A DNA stretch of 64,000 nt from Macrostomum lignano (Eukaryota), in the NCBI GenBank assembly GCA_002269645.1, contig NIVC01000157.1, positions 62,001 through 126,000 of the forward strand. Reading direction: 5' to 3'. A program made the position numbers and the translations under genes. Shown here one piece after another: positions 25,471 through 36,900 of the stretch (the stretch's first letter is position 1; the number at the start of each line of letters is the position of its first letter). A model generated the notes under the pieces. That model saw nothing but the letters and a program-made list of their open reading frames with translations. It was not told the origin of the DNA and did no database searches.

Positions 25471-25640
25471 CAAATAATCCCCACAAAAAGCAATGATTAT
25501 ACAACCCACACAAAAGAGTTTTTTATCAATTGTCTTAATCATTATCATTGAGCAAAAGGCTACGAATATGAATACTCCCACAAAAGCAATGATTTTACAG
25601 CCCACACAAAAGAGTTTTTTAGCAATTGTCTTAATCATTT

Positions 25641-26432
25641 TCACCCGACACGCATTGTGGGCAGCTGCTGCAGTTTGGCCTTGTCGCTGCTGTAGATTAG
25701 CTTAATTCGCTTGTTCTGCTCCTTGATCACAGCGGCCCAGGCAGCAAAGGCCGGCTCGTGGGGCCCAATCTGATGGGCCGGGGTCTTGAAAAGCTCTTCA
25801 TCAGTCAGGCCGGCAACCCAGCTCTCGAGCTCAGTCGAGTCCGGGGGATACGAGTGCCACCACTTGTAGCTGCTGCCGCTGCCGCTGCCTCTGCCGCCGT
25901 CAGTCGTAGAAAGCTTCTTCACCTGCGGCTGCAGTTCAATCGGTGGCGGGGTGCCAGCACTGCGGCGGCGGTTGCCATCGCCGTCACCATCATTGCTGCT
26001 GCTGCCGCTGTTAAACCACGATGATGGCTCCGAAGCCGTCTTGGGCGGCGGCGACTGCGAGGCAAACCGCGAGTCAACGTCAGCATCCATCAGAGCAGTC
26101 CACAATTCGGGGGTGAACCTGATTGAGTATTTCCAGCGCTCGCGCTCATTGCAGCCTCCGTTGGAGTCGGCAGGGTTGTTGCGATGTAGCCAAACCTGGT
26201 TATTTTTCACTCCCAGAATCTTGCGGCCCTCACCCAGTTGAAACTTATGACGAGAGCAGTCGAGCATTCCCCGAGACTCAATAATCGGCCGAGCCCTCTT
26301 GAGATGCTGCCACTCGATGCGAGTCAGAAACACGCCGGGGAAGCCGTGCTTGTAGTTGCCGTTCTTGTCAGTGTAGAAACGCCGAATCTCAATCAGTTCT
26401 CGATCAGTATCGAATGTGGGCTTGCGCACCAT
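25641..26432 (-). CDS. PC4/Sub1-like ssDNA-binding protein (263 aa, apparently intact)
   Basis: LIEIRRFYTDKNGNYKHGFPGVFLTRIEWQHLK resembles the PC4 core ([28 protein letters not shown]). A second, weaker repeat is WKYSIRFTPELWTALM. TATA box at 26551-26560. Confidence 0.65.
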   Translation of the reverse strand: MVRKPTFDTDRELIEIRRFYTDKNGNYKHGFPGVFLTRIEWQHLKRARPIIESRGMLDCSRHKFQLGEGRKILGVKNNQVWLHRNNPADSNGGCNERERWKYSIRFTPELWTALMDADVDSRFASQSPPPKTASEPSSWFNSGSSSNDGDGDGNRRRSAGTPPPIELQPQVKKLSTTDGGRGSGSGSSYKWWHSYPPDSTELESWVAGLTDEELFKTPAHQIGPHEPAFAAWAAVIKEQNKRIKLIYSSDKAKLQQLPTMRVG

Positions 26433-26550
26433 AATTGTCAACAAGTGGAATAGACATTTTGACAGAGTTTCACGGAGATAGAGCTGTTGCAAAGAGTGTC
26501 GGAGCGAGCGAGCGCGAGAGAATTCTGAAAAATCTCTCAGCAGCATGGTC

Positions 26551-26833
26551 GTTTATATACCCGCGAAAGCGACTGTACTCTGAGGAGATGAGGCTGCGGT
26601 CTGCATTTTTCGTTCCTACAGCACTACCGGTTGGTTAGATACACTCAGATCCAATTAAAATCCGTATGAGAACGAAAATGATGGGGTATTTTCAGACTTG
26701 ATCTTTTCTATACCAAGTTGCGGTCTGAGTGTACAATTGTACACTAATTTGCAAATGCAGTACAAGGGAAAGAGAAATAATGCACACGCGCTCTCTGCTT
26801 TTGCAGCATCCCCTTCCTGCAGGGGTATTTAAA
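26551..26833. promoter_or_regulatory. Bidirectional promoter: PC4 TATA (-, 26551-26560) and pol TATA-like TATTTAAA (+, 26826-26833)
   Basis: Two outward-facing TATA motifs lie between divergent ATGs at 26432 (-) and 26927 (+). The same layout recurs at about 53037-53300. Confidence 0.6.
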
Positions 26834-26926
26834 GGAAATTGTAGGAGCATCACCAGTCACAGCCGCTTCCGCAGCATCAGCAGCATCAGCCACAATCGCA
26901 GCAGCATCAGCAGCAGCAGCAGAAGC

Positions 26927-27613
26927 ATGGCATCGAAGCGTTCAGCTGCTGAAGCCGCCATTTCAGCCTTGTGGGGGCAGGCCGGCCCATCCAGGCAGCA
27001 GCAGCAGCAGCAGCAGCAGTCACGGGGTATCAGCCTCAGGTCGAGACCAGCCTCTACGCCGATGACAGCGCCCTGCTGGCCCTGGACCGCAAGCTAGACA
27101 ACTGCGCGAGCAAACTCCAACCGGCTCTCGACGCGGTCCAACGTTGGTGCGAGCGCTGGAAAATGCTGCTGAGCCCAGGCAAATGCAGCTACAGCACCTT
27201 CAGCCTCAGCCCAGCGGAAAATAGAGGCAAGGCTCGGCTCAATGTCAGCATCGGCAACAAACAACTGGCCTTTGAGCCCCACCCAGTCTTCCTTGGGGTG
27301 AAACTCGACGATCACCTCGGCTTCGCCGAACACGCCTAAGACATTCGCCGCCGCATGGCCGCCCGCAGACGACCCCTTCAGGCCATTGCTCACCGCCAAC
27401 TGGGCGCAACTCAAGACATCCTTCGAGCGGTCTACACCGCCACCGTGCGCTCAGTGGCCGACTACGGCAGCGGAATCTGGCTGGCGGGAGCAGCCCCGAG
27501 CACCCGACTCATGATTGAACGACAACGAACGGCGCCGGTAATGCGAGCGCTGAAGTAGAAGAAGAAGAAGCAGCAGTCACAGCCTCCGGCCGCAAAGAGG
27601 GGACGACAGCTAG
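26927..27613 (+). pseudogene. polB: pPolB exon 1 (poly-Q plus basic NLS-like motif), interrupted by a LINE fragment
   Basis: MASKRSAAEAAISALWGQAGPSRQQQQQQQQ...QPPAAKRGRQL, then G|GTGAGT at 27614. The phase-1 donor matches the phase-1 micro-exon acceptor. Confidence 0.7.
27038..27530 (+). mobile_element. Internal fragment of a non-LTR retrotransposon reverse transcriptase
   Basis: YADD at 27055-27066, followed by RWCERWKM...PGK...FLGVKLDDHLGF and the downstream thumb/tether-like region. One in-frame stop; no 3' tail. Confidence 0.88.
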
Positions 27614-28210
27614 GTGAGTCTCTGCGCGCGTAAAACTATGCTTTTCATCTTTAGCATTAGCAAAATCTAAAATCAGAAAAATAAGGCTGTATAATTGCGC
27701 CTTTCAGTTTTAGCATTTGTGTGATTTGTAAACTTAACGCTTATTGAAGTATGGGCTTTCTTTAAAACCACTGCTTTTCATCTTTAAAATTCATTTTGGC
27801 TCAAATTTTGGCTTAACATTTGTGTAATTGCTTTTTAGCTTTAGCATTTGTGTGATTTGCAAACTCACGCTTGTTGAAATATGGGTTTTCTTTGAAACCA
27901 CAGCTGCTTTTCATCTTTAGCATTCATTTTGGCTTAAAATTTCTGAAGTCAGGCTGTCCTCCTCCTGCCATAGATGTTGAAGTAAAGGGAGGAAACTGTT
28001 TTTGGATTTCTCAATTCAGGCCTAATGAAATAACAGAGTTTTAGAGAATATCCGCAGCAGCAGTATAGCCGGATAATGTGTGTAGAGGATAGTCATAAAA
28101 TTTCAGGGAGCTATATGACTAATCTTTGAACTAGAGAAGCAAAAACAGCAATCCTGTGGCGCGAACGTGACTCAGCGGGGCGGGCAGGCGGCAGTGATAA
28201 AATCAACCCC

Positions 28211-28911
28211 CTGGGCAACGCCGGAGCTGCGAAGGCGTTACAGTTGGGCTACCGCCTGCAGGCGGTGCACGCGCTGACCTACTGGACAGAGCAGCGGACT
28301 GGCCTGTTCAGAGATTATGTCAGTACATTTCTCAAGCTGAAGGCTGAATCGAGCGGCATGACTGACAAGGACAAGGCAGCCTACATTGCCGATTTTTACG
28401 CAAAGGAGGGCGTCACGCTGGACAAGGTCGAGTCCAACCCAGGACTTCGCTTTGTAGCGAAAATCTTTTTGAATTCGTAAGTATTCATGAATTGTTTTTT
28501 AAACGATTTCTTCTACTATCAGTAGCTTTTCTTTTCACAACACAGGCTCTGGCGTAAATTTTGTCAGCGCGATGACCTCACATCGACCGATATTGTGTCC
28601 AGCTACGAGGACTGGCTCGCCCGGCTGACCGACCCCAACCTCAAAGTCAAGGCCTGCGAACCGATTGGCAGCGAGTTCATGCTGCTGGAGTACCGGCACC
28701 GCTACTTTAATCAGCGGCTGTTCCGCTACTCGAACGTGCCAATCGGTGTTTTTACGACCACGCAGGCCCGGCTGCGCCTGTACGAGGCATTGGAGGGGCT
28801 TGGCGAACGGGCCATTTACTGCGGCACTGACTCGTAAGTATTGCATTGGGAAAATTCTTTTAGAATTGATTACATGTAAATAGTTAGCAATTATCCTTTT
28901 TCTCTCCCCCA
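28211..28911 (+). pseudogene. polB: pPolB copy F (exons 5-6), joined to intron 1 by internal deletion
   Basis: WATPEL...KIFLNS|LWRKF...YCGTDS. Truncated in the motif-C intron. Confidence 0.9.
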
Positions 28912-29699
28912 CCACCCGAGTGGCATCGATCTTATCGGGAGTAGATGTACCATTTTTTACCGATGTTATCGGGTTGAAAACATGGCGGGAATGTCGGCAA
29001 CATGTCATCATCCCGATATAATCGGGGCATAATGCTTTTAAATTGAGCATGTTTTGCGTTTATTTGAATTTCACGTTGCTAAATGTATAGAACTGGCCTA
29101 GCGTATTCATTTGCATAAAATATATATTATGCTTGTGCTTCATGTGTTTGAAACTTTACTCGAGGTCAAGGCTTCCCTCAGTGTGGAGAGTTTTTGTATA
29201 CAGGCTACAGGTTTTTATAACTATGACAAATATTAATTAATGCTTTTACTTGGGTGCTTTTACTAATTCATCATCATTTACTCTAACCAATAAAATATTA
29301 ATATTATTAATGTTACCTAAGAGTGACAAACTGCAAAACTTCTTCAAGTTAGGCCTACCTAAAAATTGTTTGAAACCTTTAGACCAAAATAGGAAGAATT
29401 GATTTTAATTTATTGTCTATATATTTGATTATTTCTGCAAAATTCTTAAATTCTTAAATTCTTCTAGACCTTATAGAAGACTTCTTTCCTTAATTTATAT
29501 TAGGAAAACTTTTGAAATATTAATATGGTCATGGATTAACTTAACTATAGCTAAAAACTTTGAAAAGGAAGACAGAATAGGAGTCTAGACTATAGTCCTA
29601 GAAGGGGACAGATAGGGTATATCTATATTATATTGTCCTTTTATTGTCTATACTACCAATATATTCCTTATCCTTATGCTAGGCTCCTACTCTCTATAT

Positions 29700-30900
29700 C
29701 CCTATATCCTCCTTGCCTTCCTTGCCTTCCTACTAGCCCCCTAACCTCTCCTAACCTCCTAAGGATTCCCATATCCTTATTGCTCTCCTACTAGGCTTTT
29801 ATCCTCTATACCTTCTATATATTTTTCCTTACCCTATTGCTAGGTTCTAATCCACCAAACACTATGCCCTTATTATCCTCTATATCCTCCTTTCCCATCT
29901 ACTGGGTCTTACCTTCTATAATATATATCCTCTTGACCTCTTATCCTCTTGCTGGCTCCTATCCTCCATATCCTCAATATCCTTCTCTTTTTACTAGGCT
30001 CCTACCCTCTATAGTCTATACCATCCTTACCCTCCTTCCCCACCTGCTGGCTCCTACCTTCCATATCTTCTTATTCTCTTGCTAGGCTCCTACCCTCCAT
30101 GCCTTCCATACCCTCTATGTCTCCTCCTAGGCTTCTTTCCTCTATGCCTTCCATGTCCTCCATGTCTACTCTCCTAGGCTCCTACCCTCCATGTCCTTCT
30201 TACCCTCCATACCCTCCATGCCCTCCATACCCTCCATGCCTCATAAGTTCTTACCCTCCATGCCCTCCATACCCTCCATGCCTCCTAGGCTCCTACCCTC
30301 CATGCCCTCTATACCCTCCATGCCTCCTAGTCTCCTACCATCCATGCCCTCCATACCCTCCATGCCCTCTATACCCTCCATACCCTCCTTGTCCTCCTAC
30401 CCTCTATACCCTCTTATCCTCCTGCTAGGCTCTTACCCTCCATGCCCTCCATACCCTCCATGCCTCCTCCTAGGCTCCTACCCTCCATGCCGTTCTTACC
30501 CTCCATACCCTCCATGCCTCCTAGGTTCTTACCCTCCATGCCCTCTATACCCTCCATACCCTCCATACCCTCCTTGCCCTCCTACCCTCCATACCCTCTT
30601 ATCCTCCTGCTAGGCTCTTACCCTCCATGCCCTCCATACCCTCCATGCCTCCTCCTAGGCTCCTACCCTCCATGCCCTCCATACCCTCCTTGCCCTCCTA
30701 CCCTCCATACCCTCCTAGTCCTCCTACCCTCCATACTCTCTTACCCCCTCCTAGGCTCCTACCCTCCATACCCTCCATGCCTCCTCCTAGGCTCCTACCC
30801 TCCATGCCCTCCATACCCTCCATACCCTCTTAGCCCTCCTACCCTCCATACCCTCTTAGCCCTCCTACCCTCCGTACCCTCTTTGCCCTCCTACCCTCCA
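29700..30900. repeat. C/T-rich minisatellite based on 9-mers (CCATGCCCT / CCATACCCT / CTAGGCTCCTACCCT)
   Basis: Direct inspection; the Pro-rich ORFs here are by-products of the repeat. Confidence 0.9.
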
Positions 30901-31149
30901 TATTCGCTGTTGAAACAGCGATTCAAGGCTGTAAAAAATGAGCCCTTCTCTTTTTCCTGCTTTAATAGGAAAATAAAGATGGCAAAACATCTTCTGAACT
31001 ATGTTCTGCTGGCCTCCAACATAAAGAGCAACTTTTTGTTTGTTGGAGACAAGACATATACTATTGATAAGTCTTCTTTTTACTTTGTGACATAATTAGC
31101 ATAAAAAGCTAGCATGATCTTACCAAAAACCACTACTTAACTACCTCTG

Positions 31150-32530
31150 TTATGCTCTGATGGGGGTGGGTGTTGATTTCAACGGTGAATAGTTTGTACT
31201 GACGTTGATCATTGAGAGAATGTGAGAAAATGCGTTCCCCTTTTAAGTATGCTTGCCGAGAATGGAGTATAGAGTGGTATGAAAAAATGCGCGCATGTGT
31301 ACTCAAAATCTCTTACCCCATTCTCACAGGTTGTGGGCGCGGGCGTCTCGTGTGTGGGGGAGAGAGGAGTGTATGTGTGTGGGTGCAGCGCGCGTGGGGG
31401 AGATTTTCACTTTAACTGAGCCCAGACGAGGAAGAATTCAGTGTTGAGCGAAGGCCAGAATGCAAACGATTTTGGCCTTTCAGTTTTTTTGGCTGCATAC
31501 TATTAATTATAAGTCCTGTAACTTAAGTGAGAATACCGCTACTTTTCGCCCTTAGATTATGTTGATTTTTTTGCTGTCCTAGGAAGGGGAGGGGTGGTAG
31601 ACTGATGTTATCCCCCTTAGATGAGTGGTTGTAAGTATTGCACTAGGATAGCTAATTTTAAACGTAAGAGCATTATGTATAGATAGATTTTACTAGATGT
31701 TTATCTGTGGGGGGTTTATTCTCTTTTGTCCCAGAACTTCCCTCATGACAAATACTGAGTTTGGGCTTGAGATTTTTAACGCAATTGTCTAATGATTTCT
31801 GCAAAGTTATAGTAGCTGTCGTAATCTTTTACGTAGGTTACTCCATACTTAAGAGCCAGTGTCTTTGGAGAGCTAGATTAATATTAGGGACATTGATATC
31901 AACGCCGGGCCAATATTTTCTCATGTACTCACTGCATTCTAGTTTGCATTGGTACTTACTCCTGTAATTAGGCTCGTGCGCTTTGTAATAAGAACCTGGA
32001 GAGACGATTGGAAACATTTTTACGAGCGAATTTAATTTTTTTCAAAGGGTAAGGACCCTGCGCTGATGATTTAAAGTCTTAGGGATCTGGTTTCGCGTTG
32101 CAAATTGAATGTGGGGAGAAGAATGCAGATTCTTTTCTGATTGTTTCGAAGATGCTATGGGTGGATGTCAAAGGAAAGGATTATGTAGGACACCTGTTAT
32201 GCTCTGATTCTGTCTTGGAGGAAGGAGGATAGGTTAGGAGGATTATGTTCGAAGTTTTCGGAACAAGTGTGAACCTCTGATTCAGGAATAATATGGATGG
32301 ATTTAATGGGACTATGTTCGAAGTTTTCGGAGCAAGTGCGACACCTGTTATGCTCTGATTCTGTCGGGGATAATATGAATGGATTTAATGGGATTATGGA
32401 GGACGTTTTGTGAGCGAGTGCGACCCCCCTTTTTTCTGATTCTGTCAGGGATAATATAGATGGATTTAAAAGGATTGTGGAGGACGTGAAAAATTTTGTC
32501 CCAGAAGCCCCATCATGCATTCTACTCCGG
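31150..32530. repeat. Interspersed repeat with an inverted, diverged partner at about 40050-40720
   Basis: Blocks such as AGAGCCAGTGTCTTTGGAGAGCTAG and GGACCCTGCGCTGATGATTTAAAGTCTTAGGGATC recur in reverse complement. Confidence 0.85.
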
Positions 32531-33689
32531 TATAATATACTAGGCCCCTATGCTATTTAAATGCATAGCTCAGTATGATATTATCGGGTAGAAAGCGTGT
32601 CGTCTTGACATACGACATGCTCGCAAGCCGATATTATCGGTCCCAATTGGTACATCTTCTTCCGATAATATCGGTGCCACTGGGGTGGCTCCAAAGGCGG
32701 ATATTTGTGAAATTAAGCGTAAGTGCAGTTACCAGCGGATCGCTTTTTTCCGCTTTGGGCGGACATGAAAAAAACCTCAATCAGCTAGCAAGGGAAGACA
32801 AAAGGCGTCAAAAGAAAGTTTCGGATGCGGTTGTTTCTGCTTGAATACTTAAAGTGCGAATCGTTCTAATGTAACTTAACTAAAGTCAGCGAATGGTCCG
32901 CTGTTATTTAATGCTTTTCTTAATATTTTTGTCTATTAAGAATATATATATAACACAAGTATAACACAATAACAATTGCTGCATACACGATGTTTGCTTT
33001 GAAAATTTCGATAGCAAAGGTAGCAAACAGGCTATGGAGTAGGTTTGATATTCTGATCGCAATGATAGACTGCCTTTGAAATCAAATTTTATTTTGTCAC
33101 AGTAAGTTAACACAGTTCAGGTGTGCCTCTGCTATCTGTCATTTAATAATTATTTTTTTACTTTTGTCTATTTCCGATGATGTTCTAGTTCAATCGTAGT
33201 TAAAATTTTCCTCGTTCTGTGTGTTATTGGTGTTTAAATAGTATCACATTATTTTTTACATGTTCATTAAATTTGTCTTTGTTTTGCAGTCGCTGTTGCA
33301 GCATTTGTTCTTTCACAATATAATTTCGATTATCTTTGATAGCTGTATGGTAGTGTGGTTAATGAAAAGCACCCTGGCAATAGCGTATTAACAGTATGAA
33401 TCACAGTCACTAAGCTAACATAATGACATAGTAAAGTTTAACATGTAACAATGTAGTCATTTTATAGCCCTCATAGGTTTCCACTAGACGATGCAACTTA
33501 GACACCTTAGATTATCAGACATTCCTCAATTTCCTATCCTGCTTATATTATTTCAACTGTCATAAAACACAAAAAAATTGTCGCTCTGATGCGCCTGCTG
33601 GTTCATTTGCGGCTCGGCAGTAGATTCACTGACACCCAGAGCAGCGGTACTCCAGATTTTAACGACACCGCCAACACACAGGACGATGA

Positions 33690-33830
33690 AACCGCCGACA
33701 CGCAGGACAATGACACCGCCGACATGCAGGACAATGACACCGCCGACACGCAGGACAATGACACCGCCGACATGCAGGACAATAACACCGCTGACTCGCA
33801 GCCGTCGCAGGACGATGACACCGCTGACAC
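33690..33830. repeat. 24-bp tandem repeat (DTQDNDTA in one frame), about 5-6 copies
   Basis: Unit GACACGCAGGACAATGACACCGCC. Confidence 0.9.
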
Positions 33831-33989
33831 GCGAAGGACATCGTTAACACCGGAGATTTGGACAGCGATATGATAGACTCCCAATGCATTTGTATTAGAA
33901 AATTACGAGACGAACAGGACATGCTCGCTTGCGAATGCTTTTTTAATGATTTCAGTCGATTCGATTGTTTCATTTTGCAAATTTCCTTC

Positions 33990-34770
33990 CCAGACTATCT
34001 CTCTGACTCTAGCCCTCCCAGGCTATCCTATCCAGTTTATCCTTCCTACTCTACCCTTCCCAGGCTATCCCGCCGACTGTACCCCTCCCAAACCAGCCCC
34101 CCAGGCTTTCTCTCCCACTTTAGCCCTCCCTGGCTACCCCTTCCAGGCTGCACCTCCCAGGCTACCCCTCCCATGCTACCCCTTCCAGGCTACCCCTCCC
34201 AGGCTACCCCTCCCAAGCTACACCTTCCAGGCTACCCCTCCAGGGCACACCTCTCAGGCTACCACCCCCAGGCTACCCCTCGCAGGCTAACCCTTCCAGG
34301 CTACCCCTTCCAGGCTACCCCTCCCAGACTACCCCTCCAGGGCACACCTCCCAGGCTACCACCCCCAGGCTACCCCTACCAGACTACACCTCCCAGGCTA
34401 TCCTGTCCAGTTTACCCTTCCTACTCTACCCTTCCCAGGCCTCCCGCCGACTGTACCCCTCCCAAACCAGCCCCCCAGGCTTTCTCTCCCACTTTAGCCC
34501 TCCCTGGCTACCCCTTCCAGGCTGCACCTCCCAGGCTACCCCTCCCAGGCTACCCCTCCCAGGCTACCCCTTCCAGGCTACCCCTCCTAGACTACCCCTC
34601 CAGGGCACACCTCTCAGGCTACCACCCCCAGGCTACCCCTACCAGGCTACACCTCCCAGGCTACCACCCCCAGGCTACCCCTACCAGACTACACCTCCCA
34701 GGCTATCCTGTCCAGTTTACCCCTTCCAAGCTACCCCTCCCATACTACCCTTGGCCGGCTACCTGTTCCT
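33990..34770. repeat. C-rich minisatellite (CCAGGCTACCCCTC) with an internal block duplication
   Basis: Direct inspection. Confidence 0.9.
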
Positions 34771-35369
34771 CCCGTCTTTTCTTCGTTCTTCTCCATCCTT
34801 TTCGTTGTATCCCGTCGTTTTCGTAGTGCAAATTTTTAATGCAATCATCAACTCTTGCAGTGTTGCAGTCATGCGCTTGGGGAAAGCTTCCCCATGAAAT
34901 GTATACGTTGCTGAGCGATACTCTCAGGCTAGAGGATAATTTAAATGTTTGTCAGGTTATTATTCATAGTTGCCACCCCTGCTCAAATTTTGAGCAATTG
35001 CTCAAAAAAATTAAGCTGCTCAAATGCTTAATTTTATTTGGTTCTGCTCAAAAAAGTAATTATTTTTTGCTTGTCTATTTTTTACTTCTATTGCTGAAAA
35101 GTCATTCTAAATAAAGTAAGAAAGGTTAAAATGTTTCTTGTTCCTATTTTTGGGTCATTAGTTTTGTAATTTTCTCTATAAACTTGTACGTATAAGTCTA
35201 TGTATAAGTATATTATATGTATAAGTAGTGAAAATACTAAAGTGGGAATCTAGGGAAGTAGTAGTTTAGGTACTATAAAATTCAAGTCACATTTCAGCCA
35301 CATTCTAATGCCCACTGATCGAAAAACGAAGTGGAATGCTACCTGGTTATCTTAACATGACCATTCGGG

Positions 35370-36900
35370 GTCAAAATATCACGCTGGTGCCAGAAAGACG
35401 AAGAAAATGACGATGAAGCCACATGTAGATTGTGCAACCGTGGAGTAAATTTTCGTCAACATGGCATTGCTGCTTTGCGACATGCTGATGGTGCAAAGCA
35501 CAAGGCTCTTTCTCGGGCTATTGTTGCTGCTGACAGTCAGCAAAAAATCAATGCTTTTTCCCAATCACTCCATCTGAGAACCAACAGCTAAAAAAAGTGG
35601 AGGCAGAGGCATCTTTGCCCCAACAGACCATGGCGGCGAGCCTACGATTCGAACTGCTTGTTGTTCGGAAAGACCTATCATTCAAAACTATGGACGAAAT
35701 TTCTGAAACACTGCCTGTTGCTATTCCTGATAGCAGTGTTGCTCAGAACTTTTCATGTGGAAGAACCAAGACAACGTACCTGGTCACTGATGCACTTGCC
35801 CCACATGCTAAGGAGGAAATGTTTAAGAGCCTTCGTGACCCTCCCTTTTCAATTCTGCTTGATGAGGGCATGAAACGTGACCGCTGCTGGCTGGTTTTAC
35901 TGGCCCGCACTTTCTGCATTGAAAGGCAGAAGGTAATTCTTCTCTACATTGGTTCAGAGGAGCTTAAAAATTCATCGGCGTCAAATATGAAGGACACCGT
36001 TTTGTCCTTGCTATCCCAAGCCAAATTGCCTGCAAGGAATGTTATTTCTGTGATGACAGATTCCTGCAATGCAATGAGAGGTATGCGAGATAGCTTGATG
36101 AGTAATCCTTGTTGAAAAAGATCCTATTCCTAAAATAATTCACCTTTCACATTTCAGGCATCCATAATGGACTTCTCACCAAGCTGAAAGATGCTATGCC
36201 GCAGCTTATTGATGTTGGAGGCTGCAGTCTCCATCATGTACATAATAGTGTTCAATATGCAACTAAGGCATTTGACAGCACTGGCGAGGCTGAAGGACTG
36301 ATGGATGACGTCTATAACTATTTCCGATTTGTGAAAAGGCGCGAAGCATTCTATGAGGCATGAATTTAAACTTAGCTAAATCTTGAAAGTGCTTCTCTTC
36401 CCTGACAAAAATTAACCTTTTAGATTCAGGATGCACTGGACCTTGCGGAACATGTGTTCATCCGCCGAGTCAAAACTCGCTGGCTCCAGATTCTAAACGT
36501 CATTCGACGGATTCTAGAGCAATGGGAGGCCCTGAAGCTGCACTTTGAGAAAGCTAGTGCCTCAGAACTGGACAACATTCGGGCACGACGAATCAAGCTG
36601 GCCCTTACTGATGAGATGCTAGCCAAGCTCCAGTTCTTAAGCCAAGTGCTGCCAAGATGCGAAACATTCGAGAAAATTTTTCAGCGGGAGAGCACTCAGG
36701 TTCACCACTTGGCTTCTTCGCTGGAAAAGCTTTTTAGTGACATTCTTCTTTGCTTCATGCGGAGTGAAGTTGTTGAGAACAGCCGCTCTCTTTCAGACCT
36801 GGTTGACAGGGCTACTGATCGCAACAATCAACTAATAAACAAGGATCTAATCATCGGCTTGGCCACCCGTGAGACTGTTGCAACTCTAACTATACGCTCG
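35370..36900 (+). pseudogene. hAT-superfamily transposase, intron-containing, 3'-truncated
   Basis: N-terminal zinc-finger remnant (CRLC...H...H), SCGRTK, FSILLDE, VMTDSCNAMRG|, GCSLHHVHN and TRWL. Introns at about 36082-36157 and 36359-36423. Confidence 0.82.

Noticed and set aside
26433-26546. 38-aa N-terminal extension of the PC4-like ORF
   Set aside because: The upstream ATG is within about 5 nt of the TATA box, and the extension is not conserved in family 2.
1-28911. Whole cluster as an assembly artefact
   Set aside because: The copies differ by many independent substitutions and indels and carry element insertions with TSDs. Only the 1.4-kb inverted arms are similar enough to need read validation.
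29837-34826. Pro-rich ORFs as real genes
   Set aside because: They are translations of C-rich minisatellites that lack stop codons.
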